NCBI GenBank assembly: GCA_013043705.1
Contig: JABDNS010000016.1
Span: forward strand, 10,739 to 74,738
Length of the DNA stretch: 64,000 bases
Source: Pseudomonadales bacterium
GTDB lineage: Bacteria > Pseudomonadota > Gammaproteobacteria > Pseudomonadales > UBA7434
Direction of reading: 5' to 3'
A model generated the notes under the pieces. It did no database searches. It had not been told where the DNA came from and was given only the letters and a program-made list of their open reading frames with translations. Positions 1 through 8,419 of the stretch are shown here, piece by piece. Positions within the stretch are counted from its first letter, which is position 1. Each line of letters begins with the position of its first letter. The position numbers and the translations under genes were made by a program.

Positions 1-567
1 AAAGCCTTCGGCGATTTTGATGTGCTGGTGTCGGGCGCTGCAGGCAATTTTCCAGCTACTGCAAAGGGGATGTCTACCAATGCATTCAAGACCGTCATCG
101 AAATCGATTTGTTGGGCACCTTCCACGTTATGAAAGGCGCGTATCCCTTTTTGAAAAAACCCGGCAGCAGCATTATTAATATTTCCGCACCGCAAGCATT
201 TCTGGCCATGCAGGCGCAATCGCACGTTTGTGCGGCCAAGGCCGGTGTGGATATGATTACCCGCACATTGGCGCTGGAATGGGGCCCTGAAGGCATTCGC
301 GTCAATTCCGTGGTGCCAGGGCCAATAGATGGCACAGAGGGCATGGCAAGGCTGGCGCCCAGCGAAGAAATGCGACAGTCTGCCGTCAACTCAGTGCCGC
401 TACAAAGAATGGGCTGGCCGGTTGATGTGGCCAATGTCTGCGCCTTTCTGGCCTCCCCACTGGCCAGCTATGTTAACGGCGTTATCCTGCCGGTCGATGG
501 TGGCTGGGCTACAGCGGGGGCGGGCAGCATGGCCATGGGCATGGAGGCCTTCGCCCGGCATAGTTAG
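1..567 (+). CDS. SDR-family oxidoreductase (2,4-dienoyl-CoA reductase-like); 5' end outside window
   Basis: Frame 1 is open from base 1 to the stop at 565-567. The translation carries SDR C-terminal half signatures ([34 protein letters not shown]). The Rossmann N-terminus is missing at the window edge. Confidence 0.8.
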   Translation, partial: KAFGDFDVLVSGAAGNFPATAKGMSTNAFKTVIEIDLLGTFHVMKGAYPFLKKPGSSIINISAPQAFLAMQAQSHVCAAKAGVDMITRTLALEWGPEGIRVNSVVPGPIDGTEGMARLAPSEEMRQSAVNSVPLQRMGWPVDVANVCAFLASPLASYVNGVILPVDGGWATAGAGSMAMGMEAFARHS

Positions 568-765
568 CGCGATCCTGCATTAGGGCGCTGTTTATTTCGC
601 CAAAACCGATCCGCGTCAAGCGCTAGCTTATGCCGTATAGACGTTTGCATTTGGGGCTGCGCGTATACAATTGGCCGCGTTTATCGCGCAGCTGCCGCGC
701 GCACCGCGGTTATGCTAATGCGTGGCGAACGCAACATTCGGCCTTCGCAATTCGGGAATAAAGTT

Positions 766-2016
766 ATGGCGAATAATAAAATGTTTTTTGGCTGGTACGT
801 AGTAGGCGGCACCTTCATTGCCCAGCTATTCGTGGTTGGCTTTTTTATGTATTCGGTTAGCCTGGTAGTGCCTTTTGTGCGCGAAGATTTTGGCGTATCA
901 CTTGAACAGGTTATGTATAGCCTGACGCTCGGAACCTTTTTTGGGTTGGTATTGATGCCAATCGCAGGCATATTGCTCGACAAGTTTTCGATTCGCTGGA
1001 TTATGACCGCAGGCACCTTAGTTTTCGCGGCAGGACTATGGCTACTGTCCAGGTGCACTACCATCACCCAGTTTATTATTATTTTTGGTTTTACCTATTC
1101 GATAAGCAACGCTCTGGCCAGCTCCGTAGCCAGCCAGACCGCTATCTCGCGCTGGTTCACCGTAAGCCGTGGCCGCGCATTGGGTATATCGGCGATTGGC
1201 ACCTCGATTGGTGGCATGTTAATACCGGCATTGGTTGCGTACTGGCTCAATAGCGGTGGCTGGCGCGTTGCGCTGGAAAATTTAACTTACGCAATCCTGC
1301 TGGTTGCGCTGCCAGTAGTTGTGCTTAGCGTGCGCGGTAAGCCGGCGGATATGGGCATGCAACCCGAGCCCGACCCTTCGCCGGTGGCGAGCGCGCCGCT
1401 TGATGCGAACCTTGGTCTTGGCGATATCCTGCGCAAGCCAGGGTTTTGGTACATTGGTGTGGCGCTGGGTTTGTTGTTTGCAGTCTACTCTTCCATGCTG
1501 GCCAACCTCACACCCTATGTTATTGACCTGGGTTCCAGTACCGAACGCGCATCGCAGTTAATTATGGTTTTGGCGGTAACGGGGCTGCTGGGCAAACTGC
1601 TGTTCGGTTATGCGGCTGACATCATTCCACTCAAAACCGGCCTAAGGTTGTCGATGTTGTTTGTCGCAATAGCCTTTCTCATAATGGCCAGCGAACCGGG
1701 CTTGGTGTGGTTGGTGCTTGCGGCGGCGCTACTTGGCTTGGCTACGGGCGGCATGTTGCCGACCTGGGGGGCGCTGATGGCGCGTGTGTTTGGGCTAGTC
1801 AGTTACGGGCGGGCGATGGGTTTAATGGGCCCGTTGATCACACTGTCGATAATGCCCAGTTTCGCGATCGTTGGCCGGCTTTACGACCAGACTGGCAGCT
1901 ACCAATCAAGCCTGCTGCTTTTCGCGGGGCTTATGCTGGTGTCCATGTGCATTTTAATACCGCTGAAAGTAGACGCCGGGCAATCGCCCGATGCGGCGAA
2001 AACCGGCGAAGCTTGA
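766..2016 (+). CDS. MFS transporter
   Basis: Polytopic hydrophobic ORF with about 12 predicted TM segments and an MFS-like loop (SRWFTVSRGRALG). The track ORF starts at 712. ATG 766 (MANNKMFFGWYVV) is the more plausible start. Confidence 0.8.
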   Translation: MANNKMFFGWYVVGGTFIAQLFVVGFFMYSVSLVVPFVREDFGVSLEQVMYSLTLGTFFGLVLMPIAGILLDKFSIRWIMTAGTLVFAAGLWLLSRCTTITQFIIIFGFTYSISNALASSVASQTAISRWFTVSRGRALGISAIGTSIGGMLIPALVAYWLNSGGWRVALENLTYAILLVALPVVVLSVRGKPADMGMQPEPDPSPVASAPLDANLGLGDILRKPGFWYIGVALGLLFAVYSSMLANLTPYVIDLGSSTERASQLIMVLAVTGLLGKLLFGYAADIIPLKTGLRLSMLFVAIAFLIMASEPGLVWLVLAAALLGLATGGMLPTWGALMARVFGLVSYGRAMGLMGPLITLSIMPSFAIVGRLYDQTGSYQSSLLLFAGLMLVSMCILIPLKVDAGQSPDAAKTGEA

Positions 2017-2036
2017 GATAAAGTCTTCGAGCGAAA

Positions 2037-2071
2037 GAATCACTCACGAAGTGAGTGGTGCCCAGGAGAGG
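2037..2071 (-). repeat. Duplicate of the tRNA-Leu 3' end plus its downstream flank (about 35 bp, 3 mismatches)
   Basis: gaatcactcacgaagtgagtggtgcccaggagagg at 2037-2071 matches gaatcacgaacgaagtgagtggtgcccaggagagg at 2162-2196. The second copy covers the last 16 nt of the tRNA plus 19 nt of flank. The first copy also contains a perfect hairpin, cactcac-gaa-gtgagtg. Confidence 0.8.
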
Positions 2072-2180
2072 GTGAGACCAGCGTAGGCGAAGCGCCGCTT
2101 CGCGCACAGTCGAACGCCGCCGATCTGTGATCGGTGGCCGGCAGTCCTGACTGTTTTTAGGGAATCACGAACGAAGTGAG

Positions 2181-2267
2181 TGGTGCCCAGGAGAGGACTT
2201 GAACCTCCACGCCCTTGCGAGCACTAGCACCTGAAGCTAGCGTGTCTACCAATTTCACCACCTGGGC
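2181..2267 (-). tRNA. tRNA-Leu (anticodon CAG), class II with long variable arm, CCA encoded
   Basis: The reverse complement reads GCCCAGGTGGTGAAATTGGTAGACACGCTAGCTTCAGGTGCTAGTGCTCGCAAGGGCGTGGAGGTTCAAGTCCTCTCCTGGGCACCA. It has a 7-bp acceptor stem, anticodon loop TTCAGGT, a GGTTCAAGTCC T-arm and a long extra arm. Confidence 0.92.
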
Positions 2268-2306
2268 AGCTTAGGCGGGAATCGCCGCAAAGCAGCGAGG
2301 CTGCGC

Positions 2307-2335
2307 ACTCTAATAGCACTTCCCGAGCATGTCAA
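2307..2335 (-). promoter_or_regulatory. Candidate sigma70 promoter for tRNA-Leu
   Basis: On the minus strand: TTGACA (2330-2335), a 17-nt spacer, then TAGAGT (2307-2312), about 40 nt upstream of the mature tRNA 5' end. Confidence 0.4.
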
Positions 2336-2413
2336 TTCTGCGCAATACCAACAGACCTAATGCCACCCGTTTGCCGGGCGGGAGCGTTATACTACCCCCT
2401 GCAATCGGCCAGG

Positions 2414-2455
2414 CTTAAGTAGGTCAGAATTAGCAGGTCACACTTAGTTGGTCAC
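2414..2455 (+). promoter_or_regulatory. Three tandem 14-bp units (consensus aNTTAGNNGGTCAC) upstream of rnr
   Basis: cttaagtaggtcag / aattagcaggtcac / acttagttggtcac lie head to tail and end 72 nt before the rnr start. Confidence 0.3.
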
Positions 2456-2527
2456 ACCGTTTCCGGGTGGCCGATCGCTTAATACTCAAACCACTCGCAT
2501 TTCACCTTTGCGCCTATCGGATACTCC

Positions 2528-4972
2528 GTGCCAAGAAAAAAACCCAAGTCTGCCAAGCGCAGCGATCCCCACGCCGCTCGCGAAGCGCGCGATTACGATA
2601 ACCCGATCGCCAGTCGGGAGCACATTATCGCGCAGCTTGCGGATAACGGGCCGCTGGATTTTCGCGGTCTGGTAAAGCAGCTTGCTATTAAGGGCGAAGA
2701 CAGCAGGCAGGCGCTGCGCAAGCGACTGCGTGCAATGCAACGCGACGGGCAGGTGCTGTGCAACCGCGCAGAAGAGTATGGTGTGGTTAACAAAATGGAC
2801 CTGTTGCGAGGCCGTGTTGAGGCACACCGCGACGGCTTTGGCTTTGTACTGCAAGAGCACGGCGGCGATATCTACCTCAGCGCCAACGAAATGCGCAGGC
2901 TATTTCATGGCGACGAAGTGCTGGTTAGTATTGCTGGCGAAAACCGTCGCGGCCAACTGGAGGGCAAGGTCGCCGAGATTATTGCGCGCGGTATTACGCG
3001 CGTGGTCGGCCGGCTTAAAAAAGAAGCCGGTGGCTATTTCGTGGTTCCGGATAATCCCCGCATAGCGCACGATATCCTGATCGACGCGGCCGACCGGCAA
3101 AAAGCCAGGCCCGGCGAGTATGTAACGGTTGAAATTCGCGACTATCCCGACTGGCACAATCGCGCCACCGGTATCGTGATCGAAGTGCTCGGCGAGCCGA
3201 TGGCGCCCGGGCTGGAAATCGATATAGCGATTCGCAGCCATGCGCTGCCCTATGAATTTCCAGACGCCGCGCTGGCCGAGGCCGAAAGGCTTGGCGATGC
3301 GCCAGAAGAAGCGGACAAAAAGCACAGGGTCGACTTGCGCAGGCTGCCGCTGGTCACCATCGATGGCGAAGACGCACGCGACTTTGACGACGCGGTGTAC
3401 TGTGAGCCGGGCCGGCGTGGATCATTCCGTTTATGGGTGGCGATAGCCGATGTGGCGCACTACGTGCCGGTGGATTCCTCACTCGACGCCGAGGGCTTTC
3501 AGCGCGGTAACTCGGTTTATTTTCCCGGCCGTGTGGTGCCGATGTTGCCCGAGCAAATTTCTAATGGTTTGTGCTCACTAAATCCGCAGGTCGACAGATT
3601 GTGTATGGTTGCCGAAATGCACATTAGCGCGTCTGGCGAATTAAAGAGTTATGAGTTTTACGAAGGGGTGATGCACTCGCACGCCAGGCTTACTTATACC
3701 GAGGTTGCCGAGGCGCTGGGACTTATCGACAGGCCGCCGCGCGCGGGTTTGATGCAACGCATCGAGCCGGTAATGCCGCACCTGGAAAATTTGCAGCGTC
3801 TTTTTCGTGTATTGCGCAAGCGGCGTAACAAGCGCGGTGCCATTGATTTCGATACGGTTGAGACGCAGATTGTTTTTGACGAGAAGCGCAAGATCGATGC
3901 GATCGTGCCGGTAGAACGTAACGACGCGCACAAGATCATCGAGGAGTGCATGCTGTGCGCCAATGTTGCCGCTGCGGGCTTATTGGATGCGAGTGGGCTG
4001 GATGCGCTGTACCGCGTTCACGAGGGTCCCAAGCCCGAAAAATTATTAAATTTGCGCAGCTATCTTGGCGAAATGGGGCTGTCGCTGGCCGGTGGTGATA
4101 AGCCTACGCCGCTGCACTATCAAAAGCTCATGCAGCAAATTGCAGACCGGCCCGACGCGCACCTTATCCAGGTGATGCTGCTGCGTTCGCTTAGCCAGGC
4201 CGTTTACGACCCGGAAAACAATGGTCACTTTGGCCTGGCCTACGATGCCTATGCGCACTTCACGTCGCCCATCCGGCGCTATCCGGATCTCTTGGTCCAC
4301 CGCGCAATAAAGCACCTGGTGCATAGCCGCAAGCGCTGCAAGCAGGTTAAGCGCGTTCGCGGCGGCGGCACCTGGCCACGCGAAGAAATTTATCCTTACG
4401 ACAAGTCTGCCATGTTGGCGCATGGCGCGCACTGTTCCATGACCGAGCGCCGCGCCGATGATGCCACCCGCGATGTTATGGCATTCCTCAAGTGCGAGTA
4501 CCTGCTCGAGCATATTGGCGGCGAGTTCGACGGCGTGGTGGCCGGGGTAACCGGCTTTGGCATGTTCGTAGAATTAACAGACCTTTACGTCGAAGGGCTG
4601 GTACACATTAGTTCGCTAGGCAGCGATTATTTCCACTTCGAGCCTGCCATGCAACGCCTTGTGGGCGAGCGCACGCGCAAAATTTACCAGTTGGGTGATT
4701 CGGTGCGGGTAAGTGTCGCTGCGGTGGATATGGAGCAGCGCAAGGTCGATTTGGCGTTGGCTGGTAGTAGCGCCGCTGGCGATAGCAAGCGCGGCGCTAA
4801 GCGAGCCCGAGGCGGTAAGCGTGGCGCCGGCGCTTCCAGGTCCGGCGCATCAAAACCTGGGTCGTCCAAGCCAGGAGCTAAAAAGACCAAGCGCAGCAGT
4901 AGTGGCAAAACGAAAGGCAAGCCAAAGGCAAAAAGCAAGCGCGGCGGGCGAGGCCCGAAAAAATCTCGCTAG
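2528..4972 (+). CDS. rnr: Ribonuclease R
   Basis: 814-aa ORF with RNB-domain motifs (IDGEDARDFDDAV; HFGLAYDAYAHFTSPIRRYPDL), a C-terminal S1 domain and a Lys/Gly/Ser-rich basic tail. Confidence 0.95.
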   Translation: MPRKKPKSAKRSDPHAAREARDYDNPIASREHIIAQLADNGPLDFRGLVKQLAIKGEDSRQALRKRLRAMQRDGQVLCNRAEEYGVVNKMDLLRGRVEAHRDGFGFVLQEHGGDIYLSANEMRRLFHGDEVLVSIAGENRRGQLEGKVAEIIARGITRVVGRLKKEAGGYFVVPDNPRIAHDILIDAADRQKARPGEYVTVEIRDYPDWHNRATGIVIEVLGEPMAPGLEIDIAIRSHALPYEFPDAALAEAERLGDAPEEADKKHRVDLRRLPLVTIDGEDARDFDDAVYCEPGRRGSFRLWVAIADVAHYVPVDSSLDAEGFQRGNSVYFPGRVVPMLPEQISNGLCSLNPQVDRLCMVAEMHISASGELKSYEFYEGVMHSHARLTYTEVAEALGLIDRPPRAGLMQRIEPVMPHLENLQRLFRVLRKRRNKRGAIDFDTVETQIVFDEKRKIDAIVPVERNDAHKIIEECMLCANVAAAGLLDASGLDALYRVHEGPKPEKLLNLRSYLGEMGLSLAGGDKPTPLHYQKLMQQIADRPDAHLIQVMLLRSLSQAVYDPENNGHFGLAYDAYAHFTSPIRRYPDLLVHRAIKHLVHSRKRCKQVKRVRGGGTWPREEIYPYDKSAMLAHGAHCSMTERRADDATRDVMAFLKCEYLLEHIGGEFDGVVAGVTGFGMFVELTDLYVEGLVHISSLGSDYFHFEPAMQRLVGERTRKIYQLGDSVRVSVAAVDMEQRKVDLALAGSSAAGDSKRGAKRARGGKRGAGASRSGASKPGSSKPGAKKTKRSSSGKTKGKPKAKSKRGGRGPKKSR

Positions 4973-5012
4973 CGCAAGTACGCTTGTGGCGCAGCCGCAC
5001 GAAAATCGGGGC

Positions 5013-5038
5013 AAAAAAACGCCAGCACGAGGCTGGCG
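5013..5038 (-). terminator. Rho-independent terminator, minus-strand sense
   Basis: The minus strand reads CGCCAGC-ctcgt-GCTGGCG followed by TTTTTTT. The plus strand has only attgaatttg after the hairpin. Confidence 0.6.
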
Positions 5039-5191
5039 ATTGAATTTGAGGTTAAAACACTAACTTAACAATGAGGCAAGGGCTCAGGTTAACCACCCTG
5101 TAGCTGGGGACCAGCTCTTTACCGAAGGGCGCTAACCGAAAACTTGTCTGCGATCGATCAGTGGCGCTTATGAAACCACAGAACATTTTTT

Positions 5192-5214
5192 AAAAAAACG
5201 GGACGCGGCGTCCC
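5192..5214 (-). terminator. Rho-independent terminator, minus-strand sense
   Basis: The minus strand reads GGGACG-ccg-CGTCCC followed by G TTTTTTT. No U-tract follows the hairpin on the plus strand. Confidence 0.55.
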
Positions 5215-5491
5215 CTTACCGCGGTTAAACGCGCATGCGCGGCATCTCAAGTGCTGTATCAAAGTCCATTGACCCATCGGCAGGTGTTAATTATTGGCAA
5301 AAATACTCATAAAATCAATGGCCTACAAACAAATGCTCGCAGTTTTAGGTGGCTGCGCAGGGTCTATCGGTGCTTTTTGGTAGATAAACGTGGGCACCCT
5401 GAGGCGACGATATGTTTTTTTATTAAGCAAAACCTGAACCCAATTTAATTAATTAGCCGCAGGCGAGTAAGCGCCACGGGCTCTCAGGCGC

Positions 5492-7015
5492 GTGAAATTT
5501 CCGGACATCCTTACTATGAATTTGGACTCTTTAAATTACAGAGCTAGCAGCCGACCCAGGTTGACGATTGCACCCACGAATAAAACAACAATTAAAACAG
5601 CGAATAGAAAATCGAAAGCCTTGTCGCTGGCATTACCGTTTGCATTGCTGCTTGGCTTTGTCTCATTGCCGGCAGAAGCCAGTGGCATGCAAACGCTGGA
5701 CCTGACCCGGCATTGGGTGGGTTACCTGTCGGTAGTGATTTTTTTCATCGCTTACCTGCTGGTCGCGATGGAGGAAAAAATCCATTTGCGAAAATCCAAG
5801 CCGGTGATGCTTGCGGCTGGTCTTATCTGGGTGGCTATCGCCGTTATCTACAGCCAGCACAATATCGATCACACGGTACACGAAGCGATAGAGGAAACCT
5901 TTATCGAGTACGCAAGACTGTTCTTTTTCTTGCTGGTCGCAATGACCTATATCAGCGCGCTGCTTGAGCGCGGTGTTTTTGAGGCGTTGCGAAACTGGCT
6001 GGTCACCCAGGGCTTTGGCTACAAATCGTTGTTTTGGATCACCGGGGCGCTAGCGTTTATTATTTCGCCGGTTGCCGATAACCTGACAACGGCCTTGATA
6101 ATGTGCGCGGTGGTGTTGGTGGTCGGCGCCGGCAACGACAAGTTCATTGCAATAGCGTGCATTAATATCGTTGTGGCGGCAAATGCCGGCGGTGCATTTA
6201 GCCCGTTTGGCGATATCACCACGTTAATGGTGTGGCAAAAGGGTGTTGTTGAATTCAGGGAGTTTTTTGCGCTATTTATACCGTCGCTGGTTAACTTTTT
6301 GCTGCCCGCTGCAATTATGTACCTTGCGATTCCAGAGGGCAGGCCAACAAGTGCGGGGCTAATGCAGAACCCGTTGAAAGTTGGTGGCATCGCCATTTTA
6401 ATATTGTTCTTCCTCACCATCGCTACGGCAGTGTCATTCCATAACTTTCTTCACATACCGCCTGTATTTGGCATGATGCTGGGCTTGGCCTATTTAAAGT
6501 TGTTTGGGTTTTACCTGCTCCGCAAGTCGCCGACCTGGTCTACCGAAGTAGAAAACCCGCCTGCATCGGAAGATGACCCTTACGATTTCGATGTATTTGC
6601 GCGCATTGCGCAAGCCGAGTGGGATACGCTGTTCTTTTTTTACGGTGTAATTATGGCCGTGGGCGGGCTAGGTTTTATTGGTTATCTCGAGTTGCTGTCG
6701 AGTTACATGTACGGCGAGCTTGGCGCATTAAATGCCAATATCCTAGTCGGCATACTATCGGCGTTCGTCGATAATATACCGGTAATGTTTGCCGTGTTAA
6801 CGATGCAGCCCGACATGCCACATGTGCAGTGGCTGCTTGTCACATTAACTGCTGGCGTAGGCGGAAGTTTGCTTTCTATTGGTTCTGCCGCAGGTGTCGC
6901 GCTAATGGGCCAGGCCAGGGGCAAATACACGTTCTTCACGCATTTACGCTGGACGCCGGTAATTGCATTGGGCTACTTTGCGAGTATCTACGTGCACCTG
7001 TTAATCAACGGCTAA
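5492..7015 (+). CDS. nhaD: NhaD-type Na+/H+ antiporter (ArsB/NhaD permease superfamily)
   Basis: Long polytopic membrane ORF that resembles NhaD family proteins by eye (FSPFGDITTLMVW, SAFVDNIPVMFA). The start is uncertain: GTG 5492 or ATG 5516. Confidence 0.8.
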   Translation: MKFPDILTMNLDSLNYRASSRPRLTIAPTNKTTIKTANRKSKALSLALPFALLLGFVSLPAEASGMQTLDLTRHWVGYLSVVIFFIAYLLVAMEEKIHLRKSKPVMLAAGLIWVAIAVIYSQHNIDHTVHEAIEETFIEYARLFFFLLVAMTYISALLERGVFEALRNWLVTQGFGYKSLFWITGALAFIISPVADNLTTALIMCAVVLVVGAGNDKFIAIACINIVVAANAGGAFSPFGDITTLMVWQKGVVEFREFFALFIPSLVNFLLPAAIMYLAIPEGRPTSAGLMQNPLKVGGIAILILFFLTIATAVSFHNFLHIPPVFGMMLGLAYLKLFGFYLLRKSPTWSTEVENPPASEDDPYDFDVFARIAQAEWDTLFFFYGVIMAVGGLGFIGYLELLSSYMYGELGALNANILVGILSAFVDNIPVMFAVLTMQPDMPHVQWLLVTLTAGVGGSLLSIGSAAGVALMGQARGKYTFFTHLRWTPVIALGYFASIYVHLLING

Positions 7016-7025
7016 TGCGTCGCAT

Positions 7026-7529
7026 TTAGGGCGCGTGCGCGGAGTCCCAGCGGCTGGAGCCCCACTGCCCGTCTCCGGAAGACACCGCAATAGTCAGTGA
7101 AGTGATACGCTGCTCAATCAGGAAATTGTCGGATTTGCGTAAGACTTGTAACAGGTAATACGAGAGTTCTTCTACCGTGGTATTGTGAATTGGCAGCAGC
7201 AGCGTGTCGCTGTGATTGAATTGCAGCGTCTCTTCGGCGAATGCCACGCTGTAGGTATCGGTGTTGCTTGTAATCTTTAAGTGTGGCGAATGTTCGGGCA
7301 GCAGCATATATTCATCCAGGGACTTGCACAGTTTGCGCAGCCGTGATTTTATCTGCTGGTAATCGAAGCACAGGCCGTTGTCATCAACCGGGGCGCAAAG
7401 TTCTGCTCGCACCCTGAAGTTGTGGCCGTGCAATCGCTCGCGCTCGGTGGCGCTAAACACGGTAAAATGCGCAGCGGAAAATTTCAGGTCTTGCTTGCTT
7501 ATCTCTATAGTCGTATAGCGAGTTGTCAT
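7026..7529 (-). CDS. 6-pyruvoyl-tetrahydropterin synthase / QueD-like protein (COG0720 family) lacking the catalytic Cys
   Basis: FSAAHF...ERLHGHNF matches the Zn-binding His triad of PTPS/QueD. No Cys precedes the HGH motif. Start taken at MTTRY (7529); the track ORF extends to 7553. Confidence 0.8.
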   Translation of the reverse strand: MTTRYTTIEISKQDLKFSAAHFTVFSATERERLHGHNFRVRAELCAPVDDNGLCFDYQQIKSRLRKLCKSLDEYMLLPEHSPHLKITSNTDTYSVAFAEETLQFNHSDTLLLPIHNTTVEELSYYLLQVLRKSDNFLIEQRITSLTIAVSSGDGQWGSSRWDSAHAP

Positions 7530-7596
7530 TGACGATGCCAAGGTAAGAACCATTGTTGCAATAGATTTTTAAATGAATGTTGTGACAAGTGATCGT

Positions 7597-7629
7597 TACT
7601 AACTGCTAACTAGTAACTACAGCAACTAC
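7597..7629 (+). promoter_or_regulatory. Periodic TAACT/AACT motif (4 copies, about 7-9 nt spacing) in a divergent promoter region
   Basis: tacTAACTgcTAACTagTAACTacagcAACTac lies between the PTPS-like gene (minus) and the SDR gene (plus). Confidence 0.3.
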
Positions 7630-7680
7630 CCACCTGCAAGTTATTGATTTGGGCCCTGCGTTCGGGAGCGTTAGAACATT

Positions 7681-8400
7681 ATGGCAAAAAACACCTTGTT
7701 AATCACCGGCGCCAGTCGCGGCATTGGGCTGGCAACCGCTAAGCGTTTCCAGCGTGCTGGCTATGGCGTGGTAAACCTGTCCAGAAGCCAGCCCGATTTG
7801 CCGGGCGTAGAGCATATAGCGCTGGATATTGCCGATGCGGAGGCGATCCAGGCCGCCGCCAAGCCGATTGCCAATGCTTTATCGCAGGTAGGCAACAGCG
7901 CGGGCAGTGTTGTGCTGGTGCACAACGCGGGCCTGTTGCAAAAGGATAGCGTGCGGGATTTACCGGCCAGCGAACTGCAGCGCGTTTTGCAAACCAATGT
8001 CATCGCGCCCGCCCAGATCAACCAGTTGGCGCTACCGTTTATGCAGCCGGGGTCTTCGATAATTTACGTTGGCTCCACCTTGTCGGAGAAGGGCGTGGCC
8101 AACACCTGTTCGTATGTTACTTCCAAGCACGCAGTGCTGGGCTTGATGCGCGCGAGTTGCCAGGACCTGGCGGGCTCGGGCATTCACACCGCCTGCGTAT
8201 GCCCCGGGTTTACCCATACCGAAATGCTTTCCAATCACGTGGGTAATGACCAGCGGGTGCTGGATGACATCGCTACCGGTATTGCCTATGGTCGGCTGAT
8301 TGAGCCGGAAGAAATTGCCGAAGCGATATTCTTTTCCGCGACCAACCCGGTGCTGAACGGCGCGGTACTGCACGCCAACCTTGGCCAAATAGAGTCGTAA
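7681..8400 (+). CDS. SDR-family oxidoreductase
   Basis: N-terminal TGASRGIG cofactor motif and a YxxxK active site (YVTSKHAV). 239 aa, classical SDR length. Confidence 0.88.
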   Translation: MAKNTLLITGASRGIGLATAKRFQRAGYGVVNLSRSQPDLPGVEHIALDIADAEAIQAAAKPIANALSQVGNSAGSVVLVHNAGLLQKDSVRDLPASELQRVLQTNVIAPAQINQLALPFMQPGSSIIYVGSTLSEKGVANTCSYVTSKHAVLGLMRASCQDLAGSGIHTACVCPGFTHTEMLSNHVGNDQRVLDDIATGIAYGRLIEPEEIAEAIFFSATNPVLNGAVLHANLGQIES

Positions 8401-8419
8401 CTATTGTTGGAATTAGCCG

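Noticed and set aside
4760-4972. Lys/Gly/Ser-rich tail of the 814-aa ORF as a possible fused or foreign segment
   Set aside because: A basic, low-complexity C-terminal tail is a normal feature of RNase R.
5251-5448. 65-aa plus-strand ORF in the rnr-nhaD spacer
   Set aside because: It has no SD, an AT-rich non-coding-like composition, and no recognisable family.
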